Positions 18,692 through 27,563 of a DNA stretch of 64,000 bases are shown here, piece by piece (within the stretch, counting starts at the first letter, position 1; every line of letters starts with the position of its first letter). Location: the NCBI GenBank assembly GCA_002457555.1, contig NTJQ01000001.1, positions 132,420 through 196,419 on the forward strand. Reading direction: 5' to 3'. The notes under the pieces were generated by a model that worked only from the letters and a program-made list of their open reading frames with translations, made no database searches and was not told the origin of the DNA. Source of the DNA: Marine Group II euryarchaeote MED-G37 (lineage in GTDB: Archaea > Thermoplasmatota > Poseidoniia > Poseidoniales > Thalassarchaeaceae). Made by a program: the position numbers and the translations under genes.

Positions 18692-19939
18692 GTGGCCCCC
18701 ATCGTGAAAGACGTTCTATCTTTGGACGACATTCACCTCAGCGGTAAGCGTGTACTATATCGTGTTGACATTAATTCACCCATTCATCCAGAGACTGGTG
18801 CCTTCCTAGATGATGGAAGGCTTAGGGCAATTATACCTACTCTGACAGGACTATCCGAAGCGAAGATTGTGATTCTTGGGCATCAGTCTAGACCCGGTAA
18901 AGATGATTTTACGGACCTTTCAGGTCATGCAGAAAGACTTGGCAGAATTCTTGGCCGACCTATTCGTTTTGTTCCCGATGTCTGTGGTAAAGAAGCAATA
19001 GATGCGATTAGAAGTTTGAAAAATGGCGAGATTCTATGCTTGGACAATGTGCGAATGCACAATGAGGAAATTTCCCTAAAGAAGGCAGAATTGGATGAAT
19101 TACGATTATCTCAAATCGTCATGAATTTAGCCCCTGAATTTGATGCCTATGTTACTGACGCATTCGCTGCAGCACACCGTAATTCTCCTACTTTGACTGG
19201 CTTTGCTGATGATTTACCTTGTATTGCAGGGCGTTTGATGCAACGAGAAATTAGCGCTCTACAAACCGCTGTTACAAATCCACCACGACCATACGTTGCG
19301 ATTCTCGGCGGGGCTAAGGCGGACGATTCATTCCGTGTAGCTCAGAATCTAATCAATCGAGGTGTAGTAGATACGATCGCCTTTGTAGGGGTTGTTGGAA
19401 ATATGATTCTCTGGGTGCAAGGTATTGACATCGGAGAGGGAAATAAGGAATTTATCAGAGGTACGTTAGGAGAAGATTTCGACATTGCTTGGGAGATGGC
19501 CAGCGCGCTTGTGGAGAATCATTCTGACCTACTCCTTGTTCCTAGCGACGTTGCGGTAGAAATTGGCGAAGAACGAGTTGGGTTATCCGCTGATGAACTA
19601 CCAGTACCTCATCCAATTTACGATATTGGCGTGGAGACATTGATGCAATTACGGCCCATATTGATGCAAGCGGGTTGCATTCTATGGAATGGACCTGCTA
19701 GTTACTTTGAGAAGCCCGCCTTCGCCTTTGGAACGATTGAGATTCTCAACATGTGTACTGAAACCACAGCAATGACAATTGTAGGCGGTGGCCATACCAG
19801 TGCCTTAGTGAACTCGCGAGGGGTTGCAGACAAAGTATCACACAATAGCACTGGTGGAGGAGCCTGCTTGCAGATGCTTAGCGGGGATCGAATGCCGGTT
19901 ATCGAGGCACTGAAACATTCTGCAGAAAAATTTCGCTAA
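18692..19939 (+). CDS. pgk: phosphoglycerate kinase
   Basis: LSGKRVLYRVDINSP, GHQSRPG, TGGGACL; GTG start. Confidence 0.9.
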   Translation: MAPIVKDVLSLDDIHLSGKRVLYRVDINSPIHPETGAFLDDGRLRAIIPTLTGLSEAKIVILGHQSRPGKDDFTDLSGHAERLGRILGRPIRFVPDVCGKEAIDAIRSLKNGEILCLDNVRMHNEEISLKKAELDELRLSQIVMNLAPEFDAYVTDAFAAAHRNSPTLTGFADDLPCIAGRLMQREISALQTAVTNPPRPYVAILGGAKADDSFRVAQNLINRGVVDTIAFVGVVGNMILWVQGIDIGEGNKEFIRGTLGEDFDIAWEMASALVENHSDLLLVPSDVAVEIGEERVGLSADELPVPHPIYDIGVETLMQLRPILMQAGCILWNGPASYFEKPAFAFGTIEILNMCTETTAMTIVGGGHTSALVNSRGVADKVSHNSTGGGACLQMLSGDRMPVIEALKHSAEKFR

Positions 19940-19987
19940 AGGAATGACGCCAAAACCCTAATTTGTCTACAGCGATTACAGTTAGAT

Positions 19988-20530
19988 ATGGAAGAAGTGC
20001 CAAACTCTGACACTCTAGAAGGTACAACAGAACCAACAGTAGTAGATACGGGAAGAGTATTCGTCAACACTGGTCCAGAATTTCCAGTTCAGAAGAACGG
20101 CGCAGCAAAGGTAATTGGGATCCTGGTTATTATCTGGGGAGCGTTCAATTTACTCGGGTCACCATTTACCCTGTTGTCGGATTTTGGAGCGACGGATCTT
20201 GAAGGGAATCCGATAAGCTATCCGATAGAATATTTTGTAGTGACCATGCTATCTTCGGTAATCGCTGGAGCAATTGCTATTTTCGGTGGATACCAAATGA
20301 CTCAATACAAGAAAATGGGAATTTGGATGATATTCGGCTCATTTGCGATTGCGTGGATTAGCAGTATTATTTCTAGCACAATTGCGGGAGGGGCTATGGA
20401 AACTGCAGATACAGCAGGTGTTGGCGCCGCAATTGGCGCAGGGTCTGGAATTTGTGGTATTTTCTGCTATGCTATTTGTGGCATAATTGTAGCGATACCA
20501 CTAATGTTAGCCGATGGCGGAATGGAGTAA
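19988..20530 (+). CDS. hypothetical 4-TM membrane protein
   Basis: 180-aa ORF, Gly/Ala-rich helices; no family recognised. Confidence 0.5.
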   Translation: MEEVPNSDTLEGTTEPTVVDTGRVFVNTGPEFPVQKNGAAKVIGILVIIWGAFNLLGSPFTLLSDFGATDLEGNPISYPIEYFVVTMLSSVIAGAIAIFGGYQMTQYKKMGIWMIFGSFAIAWISSIISSTIAGGAMETADTAGVGAAIGAGSGICGIFCYAICGIIVAIPLMLADGGME

Positions 20531-21913
20531 TCATCCGAGTTTACTCAAATCCAACATATGACCAATTCGAGCATTTACATCCGCGATGATTGCCTCCAAT
20601 GCTGAAGCGTCTCGACCTTCTGCACGCATAACCAAAATAGGCTCTGTATTCGAGGGTCTGCACAGATACCAACCATCGGTATAGCGAACTCTGACTCCGT
20701 CCACAGTAGACCTTTCCATATCTGCAAAAGCACCTTCGACAGACGCCATAGTTTCTTCTCTTTCTCCAACCAATGGAACCTTTGTCTCATCCGTTGAAGG
20801 GTAATCAGGGAGGTTAGCGAATCTCTGGGAGAAACTTACTCCGCCATCATTGGGTGCTGGGTCCCGTCCAATTATTTCCAGCAAACGAGCCGCATTGTAT
20901 AGTGAGCAATCGAATCCAGGCCACCTATCGTGTAGGAAGAAGTGACCCGACATTTCTCCTGCCATCACCGCCTCTGGATTACTTCGCAATTCCCTCTTCA
21001 TGAATGAGTGGCCTGTGCGAACCATTTTCGGAACTCCACCGCTAGTACGAATCGCTTCTTCTAGTGCCATACTGCACTTTACATCGAAGAAAACGGTACG
21101 TTCCGCCTCTGTTCCATCCCGGCGGTCAACCAAAACATCAGCTGCGATGAGCGCCATTAAACGATCAGGATGTATGAATCGGCCTTGCTCATCAACCACT
21201 CCAATTCTATCCCCATCTCCATCCATACCTATTCCAAATTCACAATTATTCTCAATTACGGCTAAGGACAAATCAACCATATTCTTCTGGCGTGTTGGAT
21301 CAGGAGGGTGGTTTGGGAAAGTATTGTCCCATTCACAATGAATTGGTACTAGGTCGACTCCTAGTCTTTGCATCAGGGATACTGTCAATGGACCTGGAAC
21401 TGCGTTACCACAATCGATTGCGATTCGGATTGACCGTTGAGGCATTCCTGCATTTTTTACGATGGTCTGCAATACTTGTGCCTCAAACGCTGGCATCTCA
21501 GTTATTTTTCCAGACCCGCTATGAAACTCACCTGAATCGAAAGTTGCCTTCAGTTCCTGCAATTCTTCTCCAGCCATAGGCAAACTCCCGCGACAAATCT
21601 TGAATCCGTTATACTCAGGAGGGTTATGGCTAGCAGTGATGGCCACTGCTGCATCTACAGACAAGTCGACAGTGGCCCGATATAACACACCAGTAGTAGT
21701 AATTCCAAGGTCGATAACATCGGCCCCTGCTGCAGTTATTCCTTGCAAGAAAGCCTCATGTAATTCAGGCCCCGATTCACGAATATCTCTGGCCACTGCA
21801 ATTGATTTAGCATCGAGGTGAGTGACCAATGCAGACCCCAGTCTATTGGCAAAATCCGTATCCAATTGGCTACCGGCCAGCCCACGAATATCGTAGGCCT
21901 TGAACACACTCAT
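20531..21913 (-). CDS. phosphoglucomutase/phosphomannomutase (alpha-D-phosphohexomutase) family
   Basis: Active-site TASHNPPEYNGFK, metal loop GMDGDGDR, GEMSGH. Confidence 0.9.
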   Translation of the reverse strand: MSVFKAYDIRGLAGSQLDTDFANRLGSALVTHLDAKSIAVARDIRESGPELHEAFLQGITAAGADVIDLGITTTGVLYRATVDLSVDAAVAITASHNPPEYNGFKICRGSLPMAGEELQELKATFDSGEFHSGSGKITEMPAFEAQVLQTIVKNAGMPQRSIRIAIDCGNAVPGPLTVSLMQRLGVDLVPIHCEWDNTFPNHPPDPTRQKNMVDLSLAVIENNCEFGIGMDGDGDRIGVVDEQGRFIHPDRLMALIAADVLVDRRDGTEAERTVFFDVKCSMALEEAIRTSGGVPKMVRTGHSFMKRELRSNPEAVMAGEMSGHFFLHDRWPGFDCSLYNAARLLEIIGRDPAPNDGGVSFSQRFANLPDYPSTDETKVPLVGEREETMASVEGAFADMERSTVDGVRVRYTDGWYLCRPSNTEPILVMRAEGRDASALEAIIADVNARIGHMLDLSKLG

Positions 21914-21985
21914 GGATTAGACGGAGAACTTTTCCTTCATCATCCCATCGTGGCTATGGCACCCGAATAATCGAATCTTGAAGGC

Positions 21986-22378
21986 TCAATTAACCCCTGA
22001 ACCCCGTACAGCCCGTGCTACGACCTCTACCTTTGCACCCGCAGGCAATTCCTTCACACCATACGCGGCACGTGCAGGAAGAATAGTACCTTCCAACCAA
22101 GCTGCGTAGACTTCGTTAAATTCGCCGAATTCAGTCATATCTTCTAGCAATACCATGACCATAACCAAATCTGCTTTATCTGCTCCTGCCTCACCTAGCA
22201 GTACCTCGATTTTCGATAGGGCACTAGTGGCCTGTTCAGCCATAGAATCGCCACCGTCAATTCCAATTTGACCGGCTACCCAAATATCGTCTCCAACAAC
22301 CATACATGGGTTGTATGGAAACATCGGTTTTACGCCTGCATAGATTGGTTGCTTCTTCCTCATGCACAAACCAGTCAA
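21986..22378 (-). CDS. RidA/YjgF/UK114 family protein
   Basis: GQIGID...ALSKIEVLLGEAGA...PARAAYGVKELPAGAKVEV. Confidence 0.85.
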   Translation of the reverse strand: MTGLCMRKKQPIYAGVKPMFPYNPCMVVGDDIWVAGQIGIDGGDSMAEQATSALSKIEVLLGEAGADKADLVMVMVLLEDMTEFGEFNEVYAAWLEGTILPARAAYGVKELPAGAKVEVVARAVRGSGVN

Positions 22379-22404
22379 ACTCGCATGATAGGGTTATTCC
22401 CTCA

Positions 22405-22869
22405 TCATTCCCTTAGCATATCCACGATATCCAAGTGGTCAGCGGCGACAGTATCTTTGGTCAGCTCATTGATTGGCACCCAAGCAGCAGATACTGCGTC
22501 GTCAGCCCCTTTCGGTTCGGTATCTATGTCTGCATCTACGAGATAGAAAAGACCTACACAGTGTTTTCGAGGATCTCTACCAGGTGCACCTAGAATATGC
22601 AAAACTCTCGGGTTTTGGCCTTCTATACCGGTTTCTTCGTTTAATTCACGTAGAACGGCATCTTCGGGGTCTTCTCCATAATCGACAAAACCTCCTGGAA
22701 ATGCCCACAATCCTTGCCATACGGAGGGGTCAGGACCACGCTCTATCATCAGTAACTCGAGTCCATTTTCGGTTTCCCGTGCCGCTACTGCGTCAACGGT
22801 AACCGACGGGCTATGGTATCCATCTCTACCACATGTAGGACAACGCTTGGGTTTCGGTTCAGCTCCCAT
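22405..22869 (-). CDS. NUDIX hydrolase with N-terminal zinc-ribbon-like CxxC
   Basis: Nudix box GGFVDYGEDPEDAVLRELNEETGI; CPTCGRDG at the N-terminus. Confidence 0.85.
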   Translation of the reverse strand: MGAEPKPKRCPTCGRDGYHSPSVTVDAVAARETENGLELLMIERGPDPSVWQGLWAFPGGFVDYGEDPEDAVLRELNEETGIEGQNPRVLHILGAPGRDPRKHCVGLFYLVDADIDTEPKGADDAVSAAWVPINELTKDTVAADHLDIVDMLRE

Positions 22870-23749
22870 AACGCCTTCTCCTCATTTGATAATCTTCGAT
22901 CGCCTCATATAGGTCTCTTCGACCAAATGACGGCCAATGTACATCGGAGAAGTAGAGTTCTGAGTAAGCGATTTGCCACAAAAGAAAATTCGAAATTCTT
23001 TCCTCGCCCGAGGTTCTGATTACTAAATCAGGGTCGGGTAAATCCGCAGTATAGAGTCTATTAGAGATTGTTGATGGGTCGATTGAATCGAGTTCGATTT
23101 CCCCCGAAGCGTGTGCTTCAGCAATTTCCTTTACCGCATCAACAATTTCCTCCCTGCCTCCATATGCAAGACAGACTGTGAATAGAAAATCGCTGTATTT
23201 CGAAGTTGCATATTCTGCTTTTTTGATTGCATCTAGAACCCTCTTTGGGAGTAATTCCTTGCGGCCTACTACCTGAACTCGAACATTGTTATCGTGAATC
23301 AATGGATCTTGTGAGATTTCTTCGAGGCCCGAGATATACAGATCGAATAGAGTTTCGAGTTCTGCATCGTTGCGAGAGGATAGGTTCTCGGTAGACAATG
23401 CATAGACCGTTAGGTAAGGAATTTCTAGGTCGAGAACCCAACGCATAACTTCCTTCAATTTCTGTTTTCCAGCAGAGTGTCCTGCTTCGGTTTGTAGCGA
23501 ACGGTTCCAAGCAAATCTACGATTACCATCCATAATCATTGAGATGTGCTTTGGCATCATTTCAGGGCCTGAGGAAATCACTCTCTTACGAAGTCGACTC
23601 CTTCTGATTCTGTCAGTACGAGAGATGAAACTCCATGCTAGCCGCGAATTCGCAACCCATCTAGCTGGGGTGGCAATAAGTCGCCACCGCAGTAGCCAAT
23701 GAGCAAGAGCGTCAATTCTACGCCCTAACGCACTGCGGGCTCTTCCCAT
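22859..23749 (-). CDS. uppS: cis-prenyltransferase (undecaprenyl diphosphate synthase family)
   Basis: MDGNRRFA, ERISNFLLWQIAYSELYF; Arg-rich about 60-aa N-terminal extension (start uncertain). Confidence 0.88.
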   Translation of the reverse strand: MGRARSALGRRIDALAHWLLRWRLIATPARWVANSRLAWSFISRTDRIRRSRLRKRVISSGPEMMPKHISMIMDGNRRFAWNRSLQTEAGHSAGKQKLKEVMRWVLDLEIPYLTVYALSTENLSSRNDAELETLFDLYISGLEEISQDPLIHDNNVRVQVVGRKELLPKRVLDAIKKAEYATSKYSDFLFTVCLAYGGREEIVDAVKEIAEAHASGEIELDSIDPSTISNRLYTADLPDPDLVIRTSGEERISNFLLWQIAYSELYFSDVHWPSFGRRDLYEAIEDYQMRRRRYGS

Positions 23750-23816
23750 GCCTAAACCAAATGTCTACTGCGCTAAAGGTCGTCGGCGGCAACGGTTCGC
23801 ATTTAGCCGAAAAAAA

Positions 23817-24380
23817 TCACTCAAAAACAAGGTCAGCCGAGTCCCCCACCTTGTCTAGAAGCCCCTTTTCTGGGTTCACAACAATAACCTGTCCAGCATG
23901 ATCCCAAACAGGAATATCGTGAACGCTATTTCCAGCGTATCCGAATCCACTCTCTCCATATCTCGCAATAAGTGCCTCAGCCTTCTTGTGATCCCTTAGG
24001 TTGATGTTTCCATCCGAACCCATTACATCATCAAAAAGACCAACATGCGCTGCGATTATTTCTGCGACTAAACGGTCTGACGCAGTTGCCAATATGAGTT
24101 TTCGACCTCTTGCACTTTCGCCGGTTAACCAGTCAACAAATGCTTCGTGATACTGCAATTCAGCCGGGTCAAATTTGAGTTGTCTGGCAAGATTTTTCTT
24201 CCATTTCGCTCTCTTTCCACTCAATTCAAGAAATATAGTCGAAAAAAGCGTCCAAGGTTTTCGAAGAAACACGCGCTTAGCACTCATTACACTCATGTCT
24301 GTGAGAATTAGTGTACCATCCATATCGACGGCCAATGGCATCTCAACCGGTGCCTCCATCATGGTCAATCGCCTGCTCAC
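23817..24380 (-). CDS. HAD-superfamily hydrolase
   Basis: Motif I AVDMDGTL, later LATASD and GNSVHD. Confidence 0.7.
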   Translation of the reverse strand: MSRRLTMMEAPVEMPLAVDMDGTLILTDMSVMSAKRVFLRKPWTLFSTIFLELSGKRAKWKKNLARQLKFDPAELQYHEAFVDWLTGESARGRKLILATASDRLVAEIIAAHVGLFDDVMGSDGNINLRDHKKAEALIARYGESGFGYAGNSVHDIPVWDHAGQVIVVNPEKGLLDKVGDSADLVFE

Positions 24381-24455
24381 CCCGATTCAAGCCTTTGGAA
24401 TGTACAGAAGCCCCTCGACCGATTCCATCAAGCCCTGATTGTCCTTCGACCGGTC

Positions 24456-25730
24456 GTGTCGCAGTCTGATTCAGCCGTCAACAGCCCATGGCGCCCAGTC
24501 GCAATGGTGGAGGTTGATAGTGATAGAGAACCTCCTCTGGGCTTTTCATCCCATCTGATGAGGGGAATGAGATTCAGGCTAAACTTGCTTGAGCCTGATG
24601 ATTCTCTCGCTACTGTTGAGGGTTGGAATACTGCAACTGAAGGGCTTGAAGCCTGGGGGGAAGTTCCAGATGAAGTAAGCAGTATTCGAGTAGATGCAAC
24701 TGATAGGGGTCCAATCTACCTGGTAGAAGCGGCCGATGGTAGTTGGATAGCCGAGGTGCAACCATGGGGTGGACCAAACCTTAGACCACGCTCACGTATT
24801 GCCCCAGACGGATCGAACATACCTTGTGGAGGATTTCAACATGATGAAGTAGATTTAATTCTCCTTCGTAGAGGTAATACGGCAAGTACCGATGCAAAGT
24901 CAGTACTCATTGATCATCTTCAGCGTAATGACTTGAAGTCAGCGAAGACACTGATCTTTCGTTGCGGAGTCAACCTAGGAGATTACCACACAGCAGCCGA
25001 AGAGGAGTGGACAAATCCCCCCGATCAAAAACGATGGAATGAAAGATTTGGAGAAATTGAACAGCGTCTGAAAACCGCTGCTCTTTGGCGGGCGCCATTT
25101 ACTCGTGGTGCTCCAGCGACTCTCAGTCTCGGAGACGTTCGTTTCAGCATGTTCTCTGAAGATGAGGCTGGAAAGATGACCATCAGAATCGGGCCTTCTA
25201 GACTTGCTCATGGTCTATTAGAAACCAATCTTGATCTTCCAGCAATTCGCGACTTAGCAAGCCTGTTGCATGACTTATCCCGCTTGCATTGGCATTCAGA
25301 GACCGAGTTAGAAATAATCCACTTAAGGTCCGCTTTGATTCAAGGATGGTCATCTTCAGCACCAAAAAAATGGTGTAGTAAGAGGTCGTTTAGTGCCCAC
25401 ACTGGCGGAGTAGTAATTTGGGAATATGAGCAAGCATTACTCGATGTCGTTGAGGCAGTATCTCACCAATCTGGTAGACCTGAACCAGCAGTGAGCATTA
25501 TCGAGAAAGTTCCTCTATTGCAGAAGTCTCTATTCAATTCCCGAATTCTTTCTTCTGGTTATTTGATGTCCGCAATGTTTTCACTAGCATCATTTTTTGA
25601 TTGGATTAGGCTGGCCGACCAAGGAGGGATTGATTTCCCAACCCTTCCTCTTGGTTTTCTGACAATTGCGCTATTTCTTAGACATCGCTACCAATCAGCT
25701 GCTCCACCTGCTGAAGAGCCAATTCATTGA
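24456..25730 (+). CDS. hypothetical protein with C-terminal membrane helices
   Basis: 424-aa ORF (GTG start; first ATG at 24504); no family recognised. Confidence 0.5.
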   Translation: MSQSDSAVNSPWRPVAMVEVDSDREPPLGFSSHLMRGMRFRLNLLEPDDSLATVEGWNTATEGLEAWGEVPDEVSSIRVDATDRGPIYLVEAADGSWIAEVQPWGGPNLRPRSRIAPDGSNIPCGGFQHDEVDLILLRRGNTASTDAKSVLIDHLQRNDLKSAKTLIFRCGVNLGDYHTAAEEEWTNPPDQKRWNERFGEIEQRLKTAALWRAPFTRGAPATLSLGDVRFSMFSEDEAGKMTIRIGPSRLAHGLLETNLDLPAIRDLASLLHDLSRLHWHSETELEIIHLRSALIQGWSSSAPKKWCSKRSFSAHTGGVVIWEYEQALLDVVEAVSHQSGRPEPAVSIIEKVPLLQKSLFNSRILSSGYLMSAMFSLASFFDWIRLADQGGIDFPTLPLGFLTIALFLRHRYQSAAPPAEEPIH

Positions 25731-26330
25731 TTACTCTAAACGGCTAATTTGGCCATTGTCAAATTCGTAGTACATTGGCGCTCCAGTAGGAATTTCCAGG
25801 CCGGTAATGTCTTCAGGTGAAATGTCTTCAATGTGCATTACGATTGAACGCAATGAATTTCCATGCGCTGCAACCAGGACGTTCATTCCCGAATCAAGGT
25901 CAGGCATAATTTCCTCAACAAAATATGGGATTGTTCTCTCAGCAGTCATTTCCAATGATTCACCGCCGGGTGGAGGCACGTCAAAAGAACGCCTCCAAAT
26001 GCGAACCTGTTCAGCCCCATGAATCTCCGCAGTCTCGGCTTTGTTTAGTCCCTGCAAGTCGCCATAGTGCCTCTCATTGAGTCGTTCATCTTGGTTGGTG
26101 GGGATTTCTCCAGACACTCGATTCTTACTCATCACAATTTCCGCAGTTCTTTGAGCACGCATCAATGCACTAGTATGAACCACATCAAAACGCACATCGG
26201 CTAACTGCTCTCCAGCAGTCGCAGCCTCAATCTCTCCTTTTTGTGAGAGTTCAACATCAGTCCAACCAGTGAACCGATTAGTGGCATTCCATACTGATTG
26301 GCCGTGCCGAATTAGTACGAGTATCGTCAT
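25731..26330 (-). CDS. gpmA: histidine-phosphatase, cofactor-dependent phosphoglycerate mutase-like
   Basis: LIRHGQSVWNATNRFTGWTDVELSQKG and AAHGNSLR; shorter (199 aa) than classical GpmA. Confidence 0.8.
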   Translation of the reverse strand: MTILVLIRHGQSVWNATNRFTGWTDVELSQKGEIEAATAGEQLADVRFDVVHTSALMRAQRTAEIVMSKNRVSGEIPTNQDERLNERHYGDLQGLNKAETAEIHGAEQVRIWRRSFDVPPPGGESLEMTAERTIPYFVEEIMPDLDSGMNVLVAAHGNSLRSIVMHIEDISPEDITGLEIPTGAPMYYEFDNGQISRLE

Positions 26331-26348
26331 GAAGCGCGCCCCTCAATC

Positions 26349-27464
26349 TCAGCGACGTAGGCGAGGTTCATGGAATGTTAGGCTACAATCTTGTGCGATT
26401 TTCTTTGCAAGCAGTAGTAAATCCTCGGTCATTTCGCGCTGCGACGAAGAAGATTGTACTGAATAGAAATTGCAAGATACGGTTACCTTCGAAGGACCAA
26501 AGGCGTTTACCTTAACCCAAGAATCGTCATCCTTTACTGCCCTAGGGTCGTCCTTGACCTTAGCCAATAATTTCTCGCAGAAATCCTTCAGGGAATCGGG
26601 ATTCGAGTCTGCTTCAAACTCAAAGCTTGGTTTGATTCTTCGGAATCTTCGCTGGCTGAAATTCTCAACCGGTGAATTAACCAAATTTGAATTTGGAACG
26701 GTAATCATAGTGTCTGCCGAGGAGCGAATTAATGTGGTCCGCAGACCAATCTGCACCACTTCACCCTCAATATCCTCAACAAGAATCCAATCTCCTACGT
26801 TGAATGGTTGATCGATGATTATCGAAATAGCACCGAAGATGTTCGCAACACTGTCTCTAGCAGCCAACGCTAGTGCAAGACCAGTGATACCTAGACCGGC
26901 GATTAAACCATTCAAATTTAGGCCGAAAAGACCCGCAACAACGAATGCCGCGAGAAGTGCAACCACGAGATGCCCAACCGATTCAGCGACACTTGCAAGT
27001 GAGCGCCTGCTAGCCGCATTCTCTTCCCCCTCAACGACAATGAAAGCGTCTAGATAGTCGACTAGGCGATATGCAGCCAGTAACATCCCGAGTAGGAAGA
27101 AGGTGAAGGACCACTGAATGGCGTTTTCAGCGATGGAGGCATCCCATACTGGTTCTGAGTTATTTTGCAACCAAGACATCATTTCTGAGAAGATGAGGAA
27201 CCCCATCATCCAACCTAGTGATTTTGGAGCAAGCAAGGTTTTGCCATCAATTCTATCGGATTTGGAAATTAAGTCCATAATTTTCGGGAATAGGAACCTC
27301 CTAGAGATAATTCCACTGAGGACAGAGAGTACGATTAATCCGATGACTACGCCTATTGTGCCACTAGAAAACCCTAGAAAAATATCCTCCCCGGCCATGA
27401 AATCATTCAATGTGTCGGCCGGAAATCCGGCGCCCTCAGCAGGGGTCTCCTCGCTATCTTGCAT
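26349..27464 (-). CDS. mechanosensitive ion channel, MscS family
   Basis: IFGAISIIIDQPFNVGDWI...GEVVQIGLRTTLIRSSADTMITVPNS. Confidence 0.85.
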   Translation of the reverse strand: MQDSEETPAEGAGFPADTLNDFMAGEDIFLGFSSGTIGVVIGLIVLSVLSGIISRRFLFPKIMDLISKSDRIDGKTLLAPKSLGWMMGFLIFSEMMSWLQNNSEPVWDASIAENAIQWSFTFFLLGMLLAAYRLVDYLDAFIVVEGEENAASRRSLASVAESVGHLVVALLAAFVVAGLFGLNLNGLIAGLGITGLALALAARDSVANIFGAISIIIDQPFNVGDWILVEDIEGEVVQIGLRTTLIRSSADTMITVPNSNLVNSPVENFSQRRFRRIKPSFEFEADSNPDSLKDFCEKLLAKVKDDPRAVKDDDSWVKVNAFGPSKVTVSCNFYSVQSSSSQREMTEDLLLLAKKIAQDCSLTFHEPRLRR

Positions 27465-27563
27465 GGTTTTGCCGTCGACCAACCCCACATAAATCTCCCG
27501 TCGGTCCTATGGACCGAGTTGCGAGACGTTGAATACCCACTTCGATGTCGACAACATGTTCCC

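Noticed and set aside
27459-27563. N-terminal 35-codon extension of the M14 peptidase ORF overlapping the MscS gene start
   Set aside because: The extension has no signal-peptide character and overlaps the divergent gene. ATG 27564 is followed immediately by a typical signal/anchor sequence.
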